Positions 39,400-54,929 of a stretch of DNA of 64,000 bases are shown piece after piece. The stretch lies in the NCBI RefSeq assembly GCF_009914755.1, contig NC_060933.1; one strand, written 5' to 3'. The translations under genes were made by a program, and so were the position numbers. Origin of the DNA: the human T2T-CHM13v2.0 reference genome, Homo sapiens. The stretch's first letter is position 1, and each line of letters opens with the position of its first letter. Below the pieces are notes generated by a model that worked only from the letters and a program-made list of their open reading frames with translations, was not told where the DNA came from and made no database searches.

Positions 39400-40330
39400 T
39401 TAACGGTGTTATTGAGGTACAAATTATACTAAAATAAAATTCATCCCTTTTAAGTACACAGTAAGGTGACTTTTGGCAAATGTCCACAGTCATGTTACCA
39501 CCATTACAATAAAAATATAGAGCACTTCCATCACCACAAAAAGTTTTATCGTGCCCTTTTACAGTCAATACCCTCAATCATTGGCCCCAGGCAATTGATA
39601 ATTTGCTTTCTGTCAACACATGTCACCTTTTCTAGACTTTCACAAAAATTAAATCAGAGTGTACGAATACAGACTTTGCATCTGGCTTCTTTTGCTTAAC
39701 ATAATATATTTGAGATTCATTCATATTATTGCATGTATCAGTAATTTATTCTATTTTATTTTAAGTAGTGCCCTATTGTGTAGATATACTGCAATGTGTT
39801 TATCCATTGAGTAGTTGATGGACATTTTTGTTGTTCCATTGTAGAGCTATTTAATGTTGCTATGAACATTTAGGTAAAGGCCTTTGTGTGGATATAAACT
39901 TTTATTTTTCTCAGATAGAAATATAGGACTACAACTGCTGAGTCTTATATGATAATAGTATGTTCAACTTCATAGAAAAAGATAAAACACTGCCAGCTGG
40001 TTTATAAAAGTGGCCCTATCAACACTGGCATTTTCAGTCTTTTTATTTTAGTCATTCTAGTGAGTGAATAGTGCTATCTCATTTGTGTTCCTCTGACTAC
40101 TAGTGATGTTGAGCACATTTTCATAAACTTGTTTTCCATTCTCATATCTTCTTTTACAAAGTATCTGTCCAAATAATTTGCTCATTTTTTTATTGATGAA
40201 GAAGACAACATATTGTTAGGTTATTGGACTCCTTATATATTCTGAATACAATTTTTTGTTAAATGACATGTTGCAAATATTTTCATCCAAACTTAAACTA
40301 CAATTTAAGTTTTCATTTTCTTAACTTTGA
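39400..40330 (-). mobile_element. L1MC/L1ME 3' region
   Basis: tattgaggtacaaattatac..aaaattcatcccttttaagtacacag; tttgagattcattcatatt. Confidence 0.75.
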
Positions 40331-40807
40331 ATATATTTTATATACGATTCAGAAAATTTGTGGCCATTAATTCTTCAACTATTTTTCTGCCTTTTCTTTT
40401 GGTCCTCCCTTTTTCTGAATCACTATATGTATGCTGGGTCATTTTACATTGTTGCACTAGTTTCTGAATCTGTTTTATTTTCTTTAATATTTTCTGTCTT
40501 TTTTCTGAACGGAATAATTTTTACTAATCTATATTTAACTTCACTTATTCTTTTCCAGTTTTCTCACATTTGCAGTTGAGCCTATTTAGTAAATTTTTTT
40601 TTTCATTTTGGTGATTTACATAATGTCCCCTTTATTCACTTTTTTAATATTTTACATTGCTCCATTGATATTCTCTATCTGTTCACTTGTTAATAATACC
40701 CATATCCAAGCCAACTCAGTTTCAATTTCTACTGAGTGCATTTTTCTTGAATATGAACCACACTATTTTCTGTATCTTTTTATACTCAGATTTTGTGTAT
40801 TAATTTC

Positions 40808-41324
40808 TGTGGCAGACTTTTATAATGACCTCCCTCCCAAGGATATAGTCACCTCTTAATCCACAAAACCTATCAGTGTGAGAGCATATGAAAATATACA
40901 TGATTAATCTAAGGATCTTGAGAGGAGAGGTTATCCTGGATTATCTGGTTGGGCCCTAAATTCAATCACATGTATCCTTATAAAAGAGAAGCAGAGGGAG
41001 ACTCAACAGGGGACCAAAGAGGGAAGACGGTAATGTGACAATGGAATCAGAGAAAGGTATTGCAAGATGTTACACTGCTGGGTTTGCAGATGGAGGAGGC
41101 GGACCTGAGCCAAGAAATATAACTCCAGAACCTGGAAGAGGCAAGGAATAGACATCCTCCTCAAGCCTCTTGAGGGAGTATGGTACTGCCAACACCTCGA
41201 TTTCTGCCCAGTGAAACTGATGTTGAATTTCTGGCCTTTAGAACTGTGAAAGAATAAGTGTTGGGTTTCTTAAGCCACAAAGCTGGTTTTTAATTTGTTA
41301 AAGCAGCCACAAGAAACTAGTGTA
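40808..41324 (+). mobile_element. MLT1D-like solo LTR
   Basis: tgtggcagac...ttatcctggattatctggttgggccctaa...gaactgtgaaagaataa...tttgttaaagcagcc..gaaacta. Confidence 0.85.
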
Positions 41325-41399
41325 ACTTCTCTTTGATTTTCTTTTTTCAGCTTAACTGAAGTATATAATTGACAAATAAAAATTCTATGTATTCATGGT

Positions 41400-42852
<1,453 letters not shown>

Positions 42853-44650
42853 GAAAATTGGTACCAGAAAAGTGAAGTATTACTATAAAGAAATATGAAA
42901 ATGTGGAAGCAGCTTTGGAACTGGGTAATGGGAAGAGGTTGGAACAGTTTGGAGGGCTCAGAAGAAGACAGGAAGACATAGGAAAGTTTGAAAATTCATA
43001 GATTTGTAGAATGGTTGTGATCAAAATGCTGATAGTGATATAGACAATGAAGTCCAGGCTGAGGTGGTCTCAGATGGAGATAAAGAACTTATTGGGAACT
43101 GGAGTAAAGGTCACTCTTGCTATGTTTACCAAAGAGACTGGAGGCATTGTGCCCCTGCTCTAGAGATCTGTGGAACATTGAACTTGAGAGAGATGATTTA
43201 GTGAATCTGGCAGAAGAAATTTCTAAGCAGCAAAGCATTCAAGATGTGTCCTGGCTGCTTCTAAAAGCCTACAGTCATTTGCATAAACAAAGAAATGACC
43301 TGAAACTAAAACTTATATTTAAAAGGGAAGCAGAGCATAAAAGTTTGGAAAATTTGCAGCTTGACCATGCAGTAGAAAAGAAAACCCCATTTTCTGGGGA
43401 GGAATTCTAGGCTGCAGACATTTGCATAATGAAAGAAGAGACAAATGTTAATAGCCAAGAGAGTAGAGAAAATGCCTCCAGGGCATTTCAGAGACCTTCC
43501 TGGCAGCCCCTCCCATCACAGGCCTGCAGGCCTAGGAAGGAAAAATGCATTCATGGGCCAGGCCCAGGGTCCTCTGTTTGGTGCAGCCTTAAGACATGGT
43601 GCACTGCATCCCAGCCACTCCAGCTCCAGCCATGGCTAAAAGGGGCCAAGGCCCAGCCCAGGCTGTTGCTTCTGAGGGTGTGAGCCCCACGCCTTGGCAG
43701 CTTCCATGTGGTGTTGGATCTGTGCATGTGCAGAAGGCAAGAGCTGAGGTTTGGGAACCTGTGCCACGATTTCAGAGGATTTATGGAAATGCCTCATAGT
43801 CCAGGCAGAAGTCTGCTGCAGGGGAAGAGCCCCCATGGAGAACCTCTACTAGTGCAGTGCAGAAGGGAAATGTGGGGTTGGAGCCCCCATACAGAGTCCC
43901 CACTGGGGCACTGCCTAGTGCAGCTGTAAGAGGAGTGCTACCATCCTCCAGACCTCAGAATGGTAGATCCACTGACAGCGTGCCCTGTGTGCCTAAAAAC
44001 ACCACAGGCACTCAATGCTAGCCTGTGAAAGCAGCCATGGGGGTTGTATCCTGCAGAGCCGCAGAGGCAGAGCTACGCAAGGCTGTGGGAGCTCACCCCT
44101 AGCATCAGTGTGGCCTGGATGTGAGAGATGGAGTCAAATGAAATCATTTTGGAGCTTTAAGATTTAATGACTTCCCTGCTGGGTTTTGGATTTGCATGGC
44201 TCCCTTAGCCCCTTTGTTTGGGCCAATTTTTCCCTTTCGGAATGGGAGTATTTACCCAATGCCTGTACCCCTATTGTATCTTGAAGTAACTAACTTGTTT
44301 TTGATTTTACAAGCTCATAGGTAGAAGGGACTTGTCTTTTAAGCATAGCGTAAAAGTTTGGAAAATTTGCAGCTTGACCATGCAGCAGAAAAGAAAAACC
44401 CATTTTCTGGGGAGGAATTCAAGGCTGCAGAAATTTGGATAAGTAAAGAAGAGCCAAGTGGTCATACTCAAGACAATGGGGAAAATGCCTCCAGAGCATT
44501 TCAGAGACCTTCATGCCAGCCCCTCCCCTCAGATGAGACTTTGGACTTCAGACTTTTGAGTTAATGCTAAAATGAGTTAAGACTTTGGGGGACTATTGGG
44601 GAGGCAATAATTGGTTTTGATATGTGAGAAGAACATGAGATTTGGGAGGG
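42853..44650 (+). mobile_element. MST/THE1 internal sequence; 3' LTR absent
   Basis: gaaaattggtacc.. ggaagcagctttggaactgggtaa.. ends at catgagatttgggaggg. Confidence 0.9.
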
Positions 44651-45099
44651 ATTTGGATTTCCCAAATCTCTTTGGGAAAAAAACACTGAAAATAAATACA
44701 ATGTTAGAAAAGTAATACAGGTTTGCTCTTACTTTAACTGACTGTCCTTTTTATCCTCATGGCCAAACATAGCCAGATGTCAACAATGAGAGTTAGTTAC
44801 CATCTTCTTGAAGCATCTTTAGGATTTTTCAGTTTATTTCTTATTTATTTACATATGGTTATATCAACACAATAAATGTTACAGTATTTAGACCACAGTT
44901 CCATTACTCTAGGTTGCAGCTAAATTTTTGGGCTTGGTAAGTTGTTTTTGTTTAGTTGGATCCTGTTTTTACTGGATTAAGATGATAAAAATAAAAATCT
45001 AATAATAGATTCATGTGGAGTGATATTATTGCTAACGATGGGCTGGCAAATCTTGTGTCAAATAACAAAGAAGTTAAAGCAAGCTTTCTTGCCCTATCC

Positions 45100-46890
45100 C
45101 TGTTAAGATCAGACAGACTTCATTAGGACAAACAGAAGAAAACTTTCATCGGTATACCGATCTGAAACCTATAAAAATAATGAGGTGAGGATGGAGAATT
45201 GGGCAGGGGATATTTCAGCTCAACAAGCAGATCTAATAAAGTCTCAGTTGACCCAGTAGGGAACTTGGAGAAAAAAGATTATGCAGTATCTGTTCAATGC
45301 TACACATTGGACAAAAAAGACCAAAACTAAATACCTCTCTGGAGCTTAGTCAAATGTTTCTTGGGAGCTGGCCTTGCTGAGTTCTAGTGTACATCTCTTC
45401 CTGAGGAAAAGCTTAGAAGAGGAAGCCTATTGGGATGAGTATAGCCCTTGTCACTGCAGGTGGTCTCTGGATTACAATTGGTCTCATAGTCTTTCTCCTC
45501 TATGCATTCTAAATCTCCCTACCCTTCAGCTATTACCCCAGCTGGTCTTGGTAGTTTACTATGTGGTACAGCCCAAACTCTTATTGAAGAGGTCTCTGAG
45601 CCCCTGATAACCATATCCTTCTTAGGTTGGTGTTGTAGTATTTGTACACTCAGAGTTGCTATTAGGCAAGGGGATACACAAGGTGCCCAAGTGGATCACC
45701 TGACTTGCACATATATCTCTCTTGATCACATTACGTAACAACAACCCTATATCTACCTGAGGATCAGAGTGAAGTACTGTCAAAATCGTGACTCTTTGTC
45801 TTGCTTGCTAGTCTCTGGATATGAGGAATCCACAGTGCCCAACCAGGAACCATATCTCATATTTCCATGGAACCCTTGAAGTATCCCTTTGCTACAGGGT
45901 GCTCTCTTTGGAGGCCAGGACCGATAACCTTACAGAGCTCAGAGTTGTGGGGTCAAGAAGCTCAACTCTACAAGTGGGCCACTGACAATTATAGTAAGAG
46001 GGGTCACTCCTGCTTCTACCATATGGTTTCTGGACTGATGTATTCTCCCTATTAAGAAGGTCTCTGATTCAGTGTGCATAATGCTTCCTGAAAGTCAGCA
46101 CCACATCCTCAAAGAGTACTGCCTCTGGATTAGCAGTATGTATGTTGTTTCTTCATCATGCCATTGCACTGCTCCTTCAGACCAGATGGTTCTGGGTAGT
46201 GCAAGTATATCATATGACCAGTGGATCCCATGGTCATTGACTCACTCCAGCGTGTTCTTTACCATGAAGAGGGCCTCCTGATTGGATGTTATATTGTTGA
46301 TATTCTATAACTAAGGTTCATGGTTCAGGCACTCTTGAACTAGTGGTGCTAGGCAAAATTCTGCAGGCAGGAAAGGTAAATCTGTATCCAGAATATGTTC
46401 CTGTATCTATGAGAATGAAACACTAACCCTAACATGACAGAAGATGCTTATCACTTTGACACTGTTTGTTAATTGTTTGTTAAATGTCCTCAGCTTTTAA
46501 AAATTTTCCTGTTGTAGAGCAGTACAATGTAATAACAACCAGACATTGTTTTATTTGTATTTATTATCCACCCTTATCTTTTACTTTTCAGTGCCTGTGA
46601 AAGATAAAGGAGAAGGAATCAGGGTTGGAGAACTGGAAAAGTCTTGGCCAACCAAATAGGCAACCTGCAGCAAAGATTGCCCATTAGAAGAGTCAAATGC
46701 TAGGAAGAAATTGCAAACCCTACTATTCTCACTGTGCTCAAACTTCGACTAGGAACTTCCACAAAGAGTGTGGCCTTGGCTTGAACATTGCAGCAGCAGA
46801 TTATGTAGGTGCTGAACTTGGAGTTTTGCACTTCTCACAGCTGACAGCAAATTCTTTCTTCAAGGGAGACCTGAGCAGTCCTCCATATCT
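45100..46890 (-). mobile_element. Degraded ERVL (LTR16-like LTR pieces flanking HERV16-like internal fragment)
   Basis: LTR16-like gcagcaaagattgcccattagaagagtc..aagggagacctgagc (~46590-46890, similar at ~45100-45400); internal gcaggaaaggtaaatctgtatccagaata; subfamily uncertain. Confidence 0.5.
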
Positions 46891-46959
46891 GCCAAATTAC
46901 TGCATAGGAACAAAAAGGAGCCCTCCATTCATCTAAGAAGCAAAATGAACTAGCAGAGA

Positions 46960-47200
46960 GAGCTTTGGCATCAGGCAAATCTGATTGTAAATACTTCTAG
47001 CATATAGTTGCTCTTACATTGGTATGTTGCCTATTGTTTCAGAGTATTACTTTCCTTGTCTATAATGGGAAAATAATAATAATTATCTTATGGTTATTTG
47101 TTGAATACATGGATAAAGTTATTATGAGGATTAAATAAGATAACACTTGGGAATAGCCTAATAGAGTGTTTAGCACATAATGGATGTTCAATGGATATAT
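46960..47200 (+). mobile_element. MIR
   Basis: tttccttgtctataatgggaaaataat..ttatgaggattaaataagataa. Confidence 0.7.
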
Positions 47201-48419
47201 TAAAGTAATAAATTGCCCTAATTTCTTATTTGCAAAAGTTAAGAGACTCTGGTCACAACTTCTGATGGAATATCTTAAATAATTCATTTTTTTCCTAGAC
47301 ATTTTATGCACAATAATGGGACTGTGATACACACATTACCCCTTCTGCCTGAAGTGACTTGACTTTCCCTCTTTGTCACTCTGCAAGGTCCATTGTCCAT
47401 TCTGAAGCATTAAATAACTAGTATAATAGGTCATGAGGGAAATTCCTGGCATCTTAATTTAAGTATATTACTTTGGCTGCAAGTCAAAGTTAACATTATT
47501 AGGATTTCTGGCATCAGAACAATCACTTGTAATTCTTTCTGGAAGAATTTTCTTGGTTAAGCAATGCTAATGAAATCCTACTCAAACCAGCTATATTCTC
47601 TGGCAATTTCCCATCTATGTATGCACTGATAAATACTTGGAAGATTCTCATTCCTCATTGATTTATTGACATAAAATCATTTTGGTTCACTATTACAATT
47701 TTCATTTCATCTACAATTAACCCATTAAATTTATTATTCCAATTATTCTTTACTCCTGGCACCTTATGTTACTATAACTGTTATTTTATACTATTATTAA
47801 CACCTAAATCTATGATACTGAAAAGGGTAATAATAAATTTACAGTAGTTATTTCCACATCACCTTAGTTTGGGACATATTATTGTTTACAACTTTACGTT
47901 ACTACAGTAATCTTGCTGTATAAGTATCTGTGTACAAGTTCTTTATTTTTTACGGAAACATTGAAATATTTATTTGGATTTTTTTCAGAGTTGGATTGCT
48001 GGATCAGGAAATATTAATATTTTAAAGACATTTATTACCAAACCAGTATCAAAAATATCACTTTGGTTGACCATGATACCAGCAATGGATACATGTATAT
48101 GTTTCCCTGAAATGCTATGAATACTGTTTTTCTGAGGCATGAAGAGGTAAGCAGCAACACAAAGACTAGCATCAATGCCTCCTCTTTTTTTATCTAGTGC
48201 TTTCAGCACAACCTATCATATGAGCAAAAAGTATACATTAATCTAGTAGATGCACCTGCCTATTTTATCTTGTGGTTTAACTTCCAAGAACACTTCCTAA
48301 AAATATACAATGTCTTAGCACCAATTACAATGTTATAATTAATTTATCCTTAATTTTCTGAATAAAGTAATTTTCAGGCACATCTTTCCATGGATTCGGT
48401 TTGTAGTTCTGGCTAATTG

Positions 48420-48640
48420 CATGGGCTCAGAAACCAGACGGAATCTCAAGTCTCCTACTTAGTAGATATGTGAGAGGCACAGGGGTTACTCAGTCTTTCT
48501 GCACTTCAATTTTCTTCCTATGAAATGGGTTTGACAATGGCATAGAATTTAGAGTATTATGACACATAAATGAGTTAATATAAAGAAACTACTTAAAAAG
48601 TATCTAATATACAGTAAAATACCAATAAATTCTAGCTGTA
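48420..48640 (+). mobile_element. MIR
   Basis: ttactcagtctttctgcacttcaattttcttcctatgaaatggg..taaatgagttaata. Confidence 0.7.
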
Positions 48641-49849
48641 TTTGGGAGCTCCCTAAATATGTAGTAGGGAGATATATATTTAATAGGCTTTGTCTTTGTT
48701 TAAAATGATTGATTGATTAGGCCATTTATGTTGTAATATATGTTTAACACCATGTAGATCAGGGAAGACAAATATATTTCATGTCCCATTGTCATTTGAC
48801 TGGTAATGGCTGCCTGGAACACTGTGCTGAAAAGGATTGTGTGTCCACATCTATGACTAGAGAGAGTCATATTTAATTAGCAGTGTCAGCCACAGGTGCA
48901 GAAGAAAACAACTGCAAGTGTGCATGTCAGATATTTGGTATAGTTGCTGTAAACTAAATATAAATAATCAAATATTTACACCTAAGTTATTTTATTGGCT
49001 CTCTGTATAGAAACAGAATAAAAATTATTTTATTGGCTTTGTATAGACAAAAATTAATAATAATTTAGCATCTACCAACTATCACAGAGAAGATCCGAGT
49101 CAGGTATTGAATTTGCAGTGAAGATGTCTGTCTTTCAATACATTACTTTGATTATATAGGTATTTTTGACATGAAAGGGCACATTTCAACTATTTGTATT
49201 CAACTACAAAAAGCAAAAAAGATACCACTCTAGTTGTAAAAGATTTAAGCTCATCAAATAAGTAGATATACGGCTTTTTAATAATATATCCTTGCTTCCT
49301 ACCTGATAGGCTATGTTGTTATAGAATGAAAAATCAGTTCCCCAATGTGCTCACATCTGTTTCTTTGACTAGCCAAACAGGAGCTCATATGGAGGAACCA
49401 AGTCTTATTTATCTTTGTATTTCCAATGCTTGATATAGAGCTGATGTTCAGTAAATGTTTGTTGAACCAATGAATATCTTCTATGCCGCAGGGACAGTGG
49501 TTGTAGGATTCAAGATGAATGAGATGATCCTGGGTGATGGCTGATGCTGTCATCGCCTGAACACAACAGCACTCCCAGTAGCCGTCGTGGCTGATGGGGA
49601 TTTTTCAGGCTCCACATGCAGAAGTACATAGAAGTATAATGGCTAGATAATGCCTTAGCTCATTTGCAAAAAAAATCAGCCCTAGCCCTTGTGACCTGGG
49701 GCAAGAATTTTAGGAAAATGTCCTTTTGTCCTTATCAGTGGGACTCTTAAAATATTCTTGCTAAGATTTTCAAATTACTTTCAATTTTCCAGATCCAGTG
49801 GGTGAGCTCCTTTCATTTTTACTTTATGAGAGTAAAGTGAAGTGTGAAG

Positions 49850-50950
49850 TCTGAAGTCCCTGACAGTAATATTGCTTCCCTGCTGTTGAAAATACTTTTT
49901 CTTCCAGGGCTTCCATCACACTATACTACATAATGTTTTTTCTCTCTCACTGTGTTTCTTTCTGGTCTTCTCTCTTCATCTTTCAACATGTTGCTTTTCC
50001 GTAGGGGTCTATTATTGGTTTTCCTCTCCTTTCCACGTATACACTCTTGTTTTCAAATCATCTACTCATATAAATTCAGCTCTCATCTCTATCACTTACA
50101 TGTTGGTATTTTCCTAAGTGTCATTTTACACTCTAACACTTGAACTTCAGATTTTTTACAAAATATTTTATTTTTATTAAAAGATTTTTTTGAGACAGGT
50201 TCTCACCCTATTGCCCAGGCTAGAGTGCAGTGGTGTGAGCATAGCTCACTGCAGCCTCCATCTCCTGGGCTTAAGTGATCCTCCTGCCTCAGCCTCCTGA
50301 GTAGCTGAGACTATAGGCACTTGCTACCATTCTTAGCTAACGTTTTTTGGTAGAGATGGGGTCTTGCTATGTTGCCCAGGCTGGTCTCAAACACTTAGCC
50401 TCAAGTGACCCTCCTGCCTCAGCCTCCCAAAGTTCTCAGTCTCCCAAAGTACAGGCATGAACCACTGTGCTCAGCCTTTAGATTTAAATGTTAAAGTTCC
50501 CCAAGACATCTTTTCCTAGATTACTTTCAGTCCCCTCAATTTTAAAATATCTAAAATCATAACTATTACTTACTCTGCCAGAACTCTGCTTATACCTCTT
50601 TATTTCTTCTATAAATGAATGATATATTTTTTAAGTTACAAAGTTTAGAAAACTCTGAGAAAGCCTATGAAGGTGTTCTTCTCTTCCTCAGCCAATAAGC
50701 TTAGTTATTTGTAGTACTTCAAAAATATATCCTTCTGAATCTAACTTTTCCAATATTATACCCATCCTTTCTTTTCTATTCCCACAATAATTGTCCTGGA
50801 TGAAGCCTTCATTGTTACCTAGATTATTGTTATAGTGTCCTCAATTATTGCCCTGTTTATAAAGACTTCCCTCTATACTGATACTAGAGTTATCTTTTCT
50901 AAAAAGTAAGGTGATAACTATCTTTACTAAAAAACTTTTTCCCCTAATTT
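49850..50950 (+). mobile_element. L2 fragment interrupted by AluJ
   Basis: Pyrimidine-rich L2 ORF2-type sequence (ttgaaaatacttttt..ggcttccatcacacta; cctagattattg). Confidence 0.55.
50160..50476 (-). mobile_element. AluJ
   Basis: catagctcactgcagcctc, ggggtcttgctatgttgcccagg diagnostics; internal 16-bp duplication ctcag(c/t)ctcccaaagt; degenerate TSD tt(c/t)agattt. Confidence 0.92.
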
Positions 50951-51015
50951 CATATAGAAAATAACCCATTGCCCTTTTTCCCCTTTGTTCATATAGAAAA
51001 TAACCCATTGCCCTT
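50951..51015. repeat. 26-bp near-tandem duplication
   Basis: catatagaaaataacccattgccctt twice with a 13-nt spacer. Confidence 0.9.
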
Positions 51016-51145
51016 CATTCACTCCATAAGAATGGAAAAAATATACCACAGATAAAAGCAAAAGAAGATTAAAGAGAAACAAAACAGAAACAACATCAAA
51101 GAAATAAAACTTATGCTAAGTATGTTGTAAGAGCTCAATAAATAT

Positions 51146-54100
51146 ATATATTTAATTTTTTTACTTTAAGTTCCAGGATACATGTGCAGAACGTGCAGGT
51201 TTGTTACATAGGTACGCATGTGCCATGGTGGTTTGCTGCACCTATCAACCTGTCACCTAGGTTTTAAGCCCCACATGCATTAGTTATTTGCCCTGATGCT
51301 CCCCCTTCTCTTGCCCTCAGCCCCCGACAGGCCCCAGTATGTGTTGTTCCCCTCCCTCTGTCCATGTGTTCTCATTGTTCGATTCCCACCTTATGAGTGA
51401 AAACATGTGGTATTTGGTTTTCTGTTCTTGTGTTAGTATGTTGAGGATGATGGCTTCCAGCTTCATCCGTGTCCCTGCAAAGGACATGATCTCATTCCTT
51501 TTTGTGGCTGCATAGTATTCCATGGTGTATATATATCACATTTTCTTTATCCAGTCTATCATTGATGGGCATTTGGGTTGGTTCTGTGTCTTTCTATTGT
51601 GAATAGTGCTGCAATAAACATGTGTGTGCATGTATCCTTATAATAGAATGATTTATATTCCTTTGGGTATATACCCAGTAATGCAATTGCTGGGTCAAAT
51701 GGTATTTCTGGTTCTAGATCCTTGAGGAATCCCCACACTGTCTTGCACAATGGTTGAACTAGTTTACATTCCCACCAACAATGTAAAAGCATTCCTATTT
51801 CTCCACAGCCTCCCAGCATCTGTTGTTTCTTGACTTTTTCATAATTGCCATTCTGACTGGTGTGAGGTGGTATCTCATTGTGGTTTTGATTTGCATTTTT
51901 CTAATGATCGGTGAAGTTGAGCTTTTTTTCATATGATCGTTGGCCATGTAAATGTCTTATGTTGAGAAGTGTCTGTTCATATCCTTTGCCCACATTTTGA
52001 TGGGGTGGTCTTTTTCTTGTAAATTTGTTTCATTTCCTTGTAGATTCTGGATACTAGACCTTCGTCAGATGGGTAGATTGAAAATTTTTTCTCTTATTCT
52101 ATAAGCTGCCTGTTTGCTCTGATAGTAGTTTGTTTTGCAGTGCAGCAGCTCTTTAGTTTAATTTGATCCCATTTGTCAATTTTAGCTTTTGTTGCAATTG
52201 CTTTTGACAATTTCATCGTAAAATCTTTGCTCATGCCTATATCCTGAATGGTATTGCCTAGGTTTTCTTCTAAAATTTTTGTGGTTTGGGGTTTTATGTT
52301 TAGGTCTTGAACTCATCTTGAGTTAATTTTTGTATAAGGTGTAAGGAAAGAGTCCAGTTTCAGTTTTTGCATATGACGAGCCAGTTTTCCCAGGACCATT
52401 TATTAAATAGAGAGTCCTTTTCCCATTGCTTTTGTCACGTTTGTCGAAGATCAGATGGTTGTAGATGTGTGTGGTCTTATTTCTCTATTCTGTTCCATTG
52501 GTCTGTATGTCTGGTTTTGCACCAGTATCATGCTATTTTGGTTCTTATAGCCTTGCAGTATAGTTTGAAGTCGGGTAGCATGATGCCTCCAGCTTTGTTC
52601 TTTCTGCTTAGGATTGTCTTGGCTATTCCAGCCCTTTTTGTGTTCCATATGAATTTTAAAGTATTTTTTTCTAATTCTGTGAAGAATGTCAATGGTAGTT
52701 TGATGGGAATAGCTTTGAAGCTATAAATTACTTTGTGCAGTATGGCCATTTCCATGATATTGATTCTTCCTATCCATGAGGATGGAATGTTTTTCCATTT
52801 GTTTGTGTCCTTTCTTACTTTCTTGAGCAGTGATTTGTATTTCTCCTTGAAGAGGTCCTTCACGTTTCTTGTTAGCTGTATTCCTAGGTATTTTATTCTC
52901 TTTGTAGCAATTGTGAATGGGAGTTCATTCATGATTTGGCTCTCTGCTTGTCTGTTGTTGGTATACAGGAATACCTGTGATTTTTGCACATTGATTTTGT
53001 ATCCTGAGACTTTGCTGAAGTTGCTTATTAGCTTAAGGAGTTTTGGGGCTGAGACAATGGGGTTTTCTAAAGATTAGGATCATGTCCTCTGCAAACAGAG
53101 ACAATTTGACTTCCTATCTTCCTATTTGAATATGCTTTATTTCTTTCTCTTGCCTGATTTTCCTGGCCAGAATTTCCAATACTATGTTGAGTAGGTGTGG
53201 TGAGAGAGGGCATCCTTATCTTGTGATGGTTTTCAAAAAGAATGCTTCCAGCTTTTGTCCATTCAGTATGGTATTCACTGTGGGTTTGTCATAAATAGCT
53301 CTTAGTATTTTGAGACACGCTCCATCAGTACATAGTTTATTCAGAGTTTTTAGCATGAAGGGATGTTGGATTTTATCAAAGGCCTTTTCTGCATCTATTG
53401 AGATAATCATGTGGTTTTTGTCATTGGTTCTGTTTATGTGATGGATTACATTTATTGATTTGAGTATGTTGAATGAGCCTTGCTTTCCAGGGATGAAACT
53501 GATTTGATCATGTTGGATAAGCTTTTTGATGTACTGCTGTATTCAGTTTGCCAGTATTTTACTGAGGATTTTCGCATCGATGTTCATCAGGGATATTGGC
53601 CTGAAGTATTCTTTTTTTGTTGTGTCTCTGTCAGGTTTTGGTACCAGGATAATTCTAGCCTCATAAAATGAGTTAGGGAAGAGTCCCTCCTTTTCGATTG
53701 TTTAGAATAGTTTCTGAAGGAATGGTACTGGCTTCTTTTTGTACCTCTGGTAGAATTTGGCTGTGAATTCGTCTGGTCCTGGGCTTTTTTTTGGTTGGTA
53801 GGCTATTTATTACTGCCTCAATTTCAGAACTTTTATTGGTCTATTCAAGGATTTGACTTCTTCCTGGTTTGGAAGGTGTATGTGTCCAGTCTTGGGAGGG
53901 TGTACATGTCCAGGAATTTATCCATTTCTTCTAGATTTTCTAGTTTATTTTCATAGAGGTGTTTATAGTATTCTCTGATGGTAGTTTGTATTTCTGTGGG
54001 GTCAGTGGTTACATCCCCTTTATCATTTTTTATTGTGTCTATTTGATTCATCTCTCTTTTCTTCTTTATTAATCTAGCTAGCAGTCTATCTATTCTATTA

Positions 54101-54556
54101 ATTTTTTCAAAAACCCAGCACCTGGATTGATTTTTTGAAGGGTTTTGTGTGTCTCTATCTGCCTCAGTACCACTCTGATCTTAGTTATTTCTTGTCTTCT
54201 TCTAGCTTTTGGATTTGTTTGCTCTTGCTTCTCTAGTTCTTTTAATTGTGATGTTAGGGTGTTGATTTGAGATCTTTCTAGCTTTCTGATATGGGCATTT
54301 AGCGCTATAAATTTCCCTCTTAACACTGCTTTAGCTGCATCCCAGAGATTCTGGTACATTGTCTATTTGTTCTCATTGGTTTCAAATAACTTGTTGATTT
54401 CTGCCTTAATTTTGTTATTTACCCATGAGTCATTCAGGAGCAGGTTGTTCAATTTCCATGTAGTTGTGTGATTTTTAGTGAGTTTCTTAATCCTGAGTTC
54501 TAATTTGATTGCACTGTGGTCTTGAGAGACTGTTTGTTGTGATTTCAGTTCTTTTA
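51146..54556 (-). mobile_element. L1PA7/8-like, 3.4 kb, 5'-truncated within ORF2 EN; disrupted
   Basis: RT peptides ([18 protein letters not shown]; [20 protein letters not shown]) in several frames; 3'UTR ttttaagccccacatgcattag; TSD caataaatat (51136-51145, 54557-54566). Confidence 0.95.
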
Positions 54557-54929
54557 CAATAAATATTATTTTTTATTAAGAAAAGTATCCAAGGTTATAT
54601 AGTTAGAGGGACAGGAATTTAACACAGGCAGTTTAAAGTCCATATGCTCTAAAGTGTTAAATAAGCTGTATAGACACAGATAAAACATTGTAAACAAAAG
54701 AAAGGAATAAAAAGGAAAATACTGACAGATTTGAATACAGCAAAATATAAAATGTCTGTTTATCAAAAGATATCCTTACAAACATTAAGAGAAAAGCTAT
54801 ACTTGTCAAAATATATCTTTAATCTCATCCTGTTGGTAGACATAACTACCAATTTAAAGATATTATAAACTCAGAAGAACATGTTAAGTGACCACAGAGG
54901 TGCAATCAGAAACATTCAAAGCTGCTAAT

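Noticed and set aside
43117-44564. Cluster of overlapping ORFs
   Set aside because: Decayed MaLR internal sequence
51317-54359. Reverse-transcriptase-like ORFs as a novel RT system
   Set aside because: Fragmented, frameshifted ORF2 of an ordinary L1PA copy
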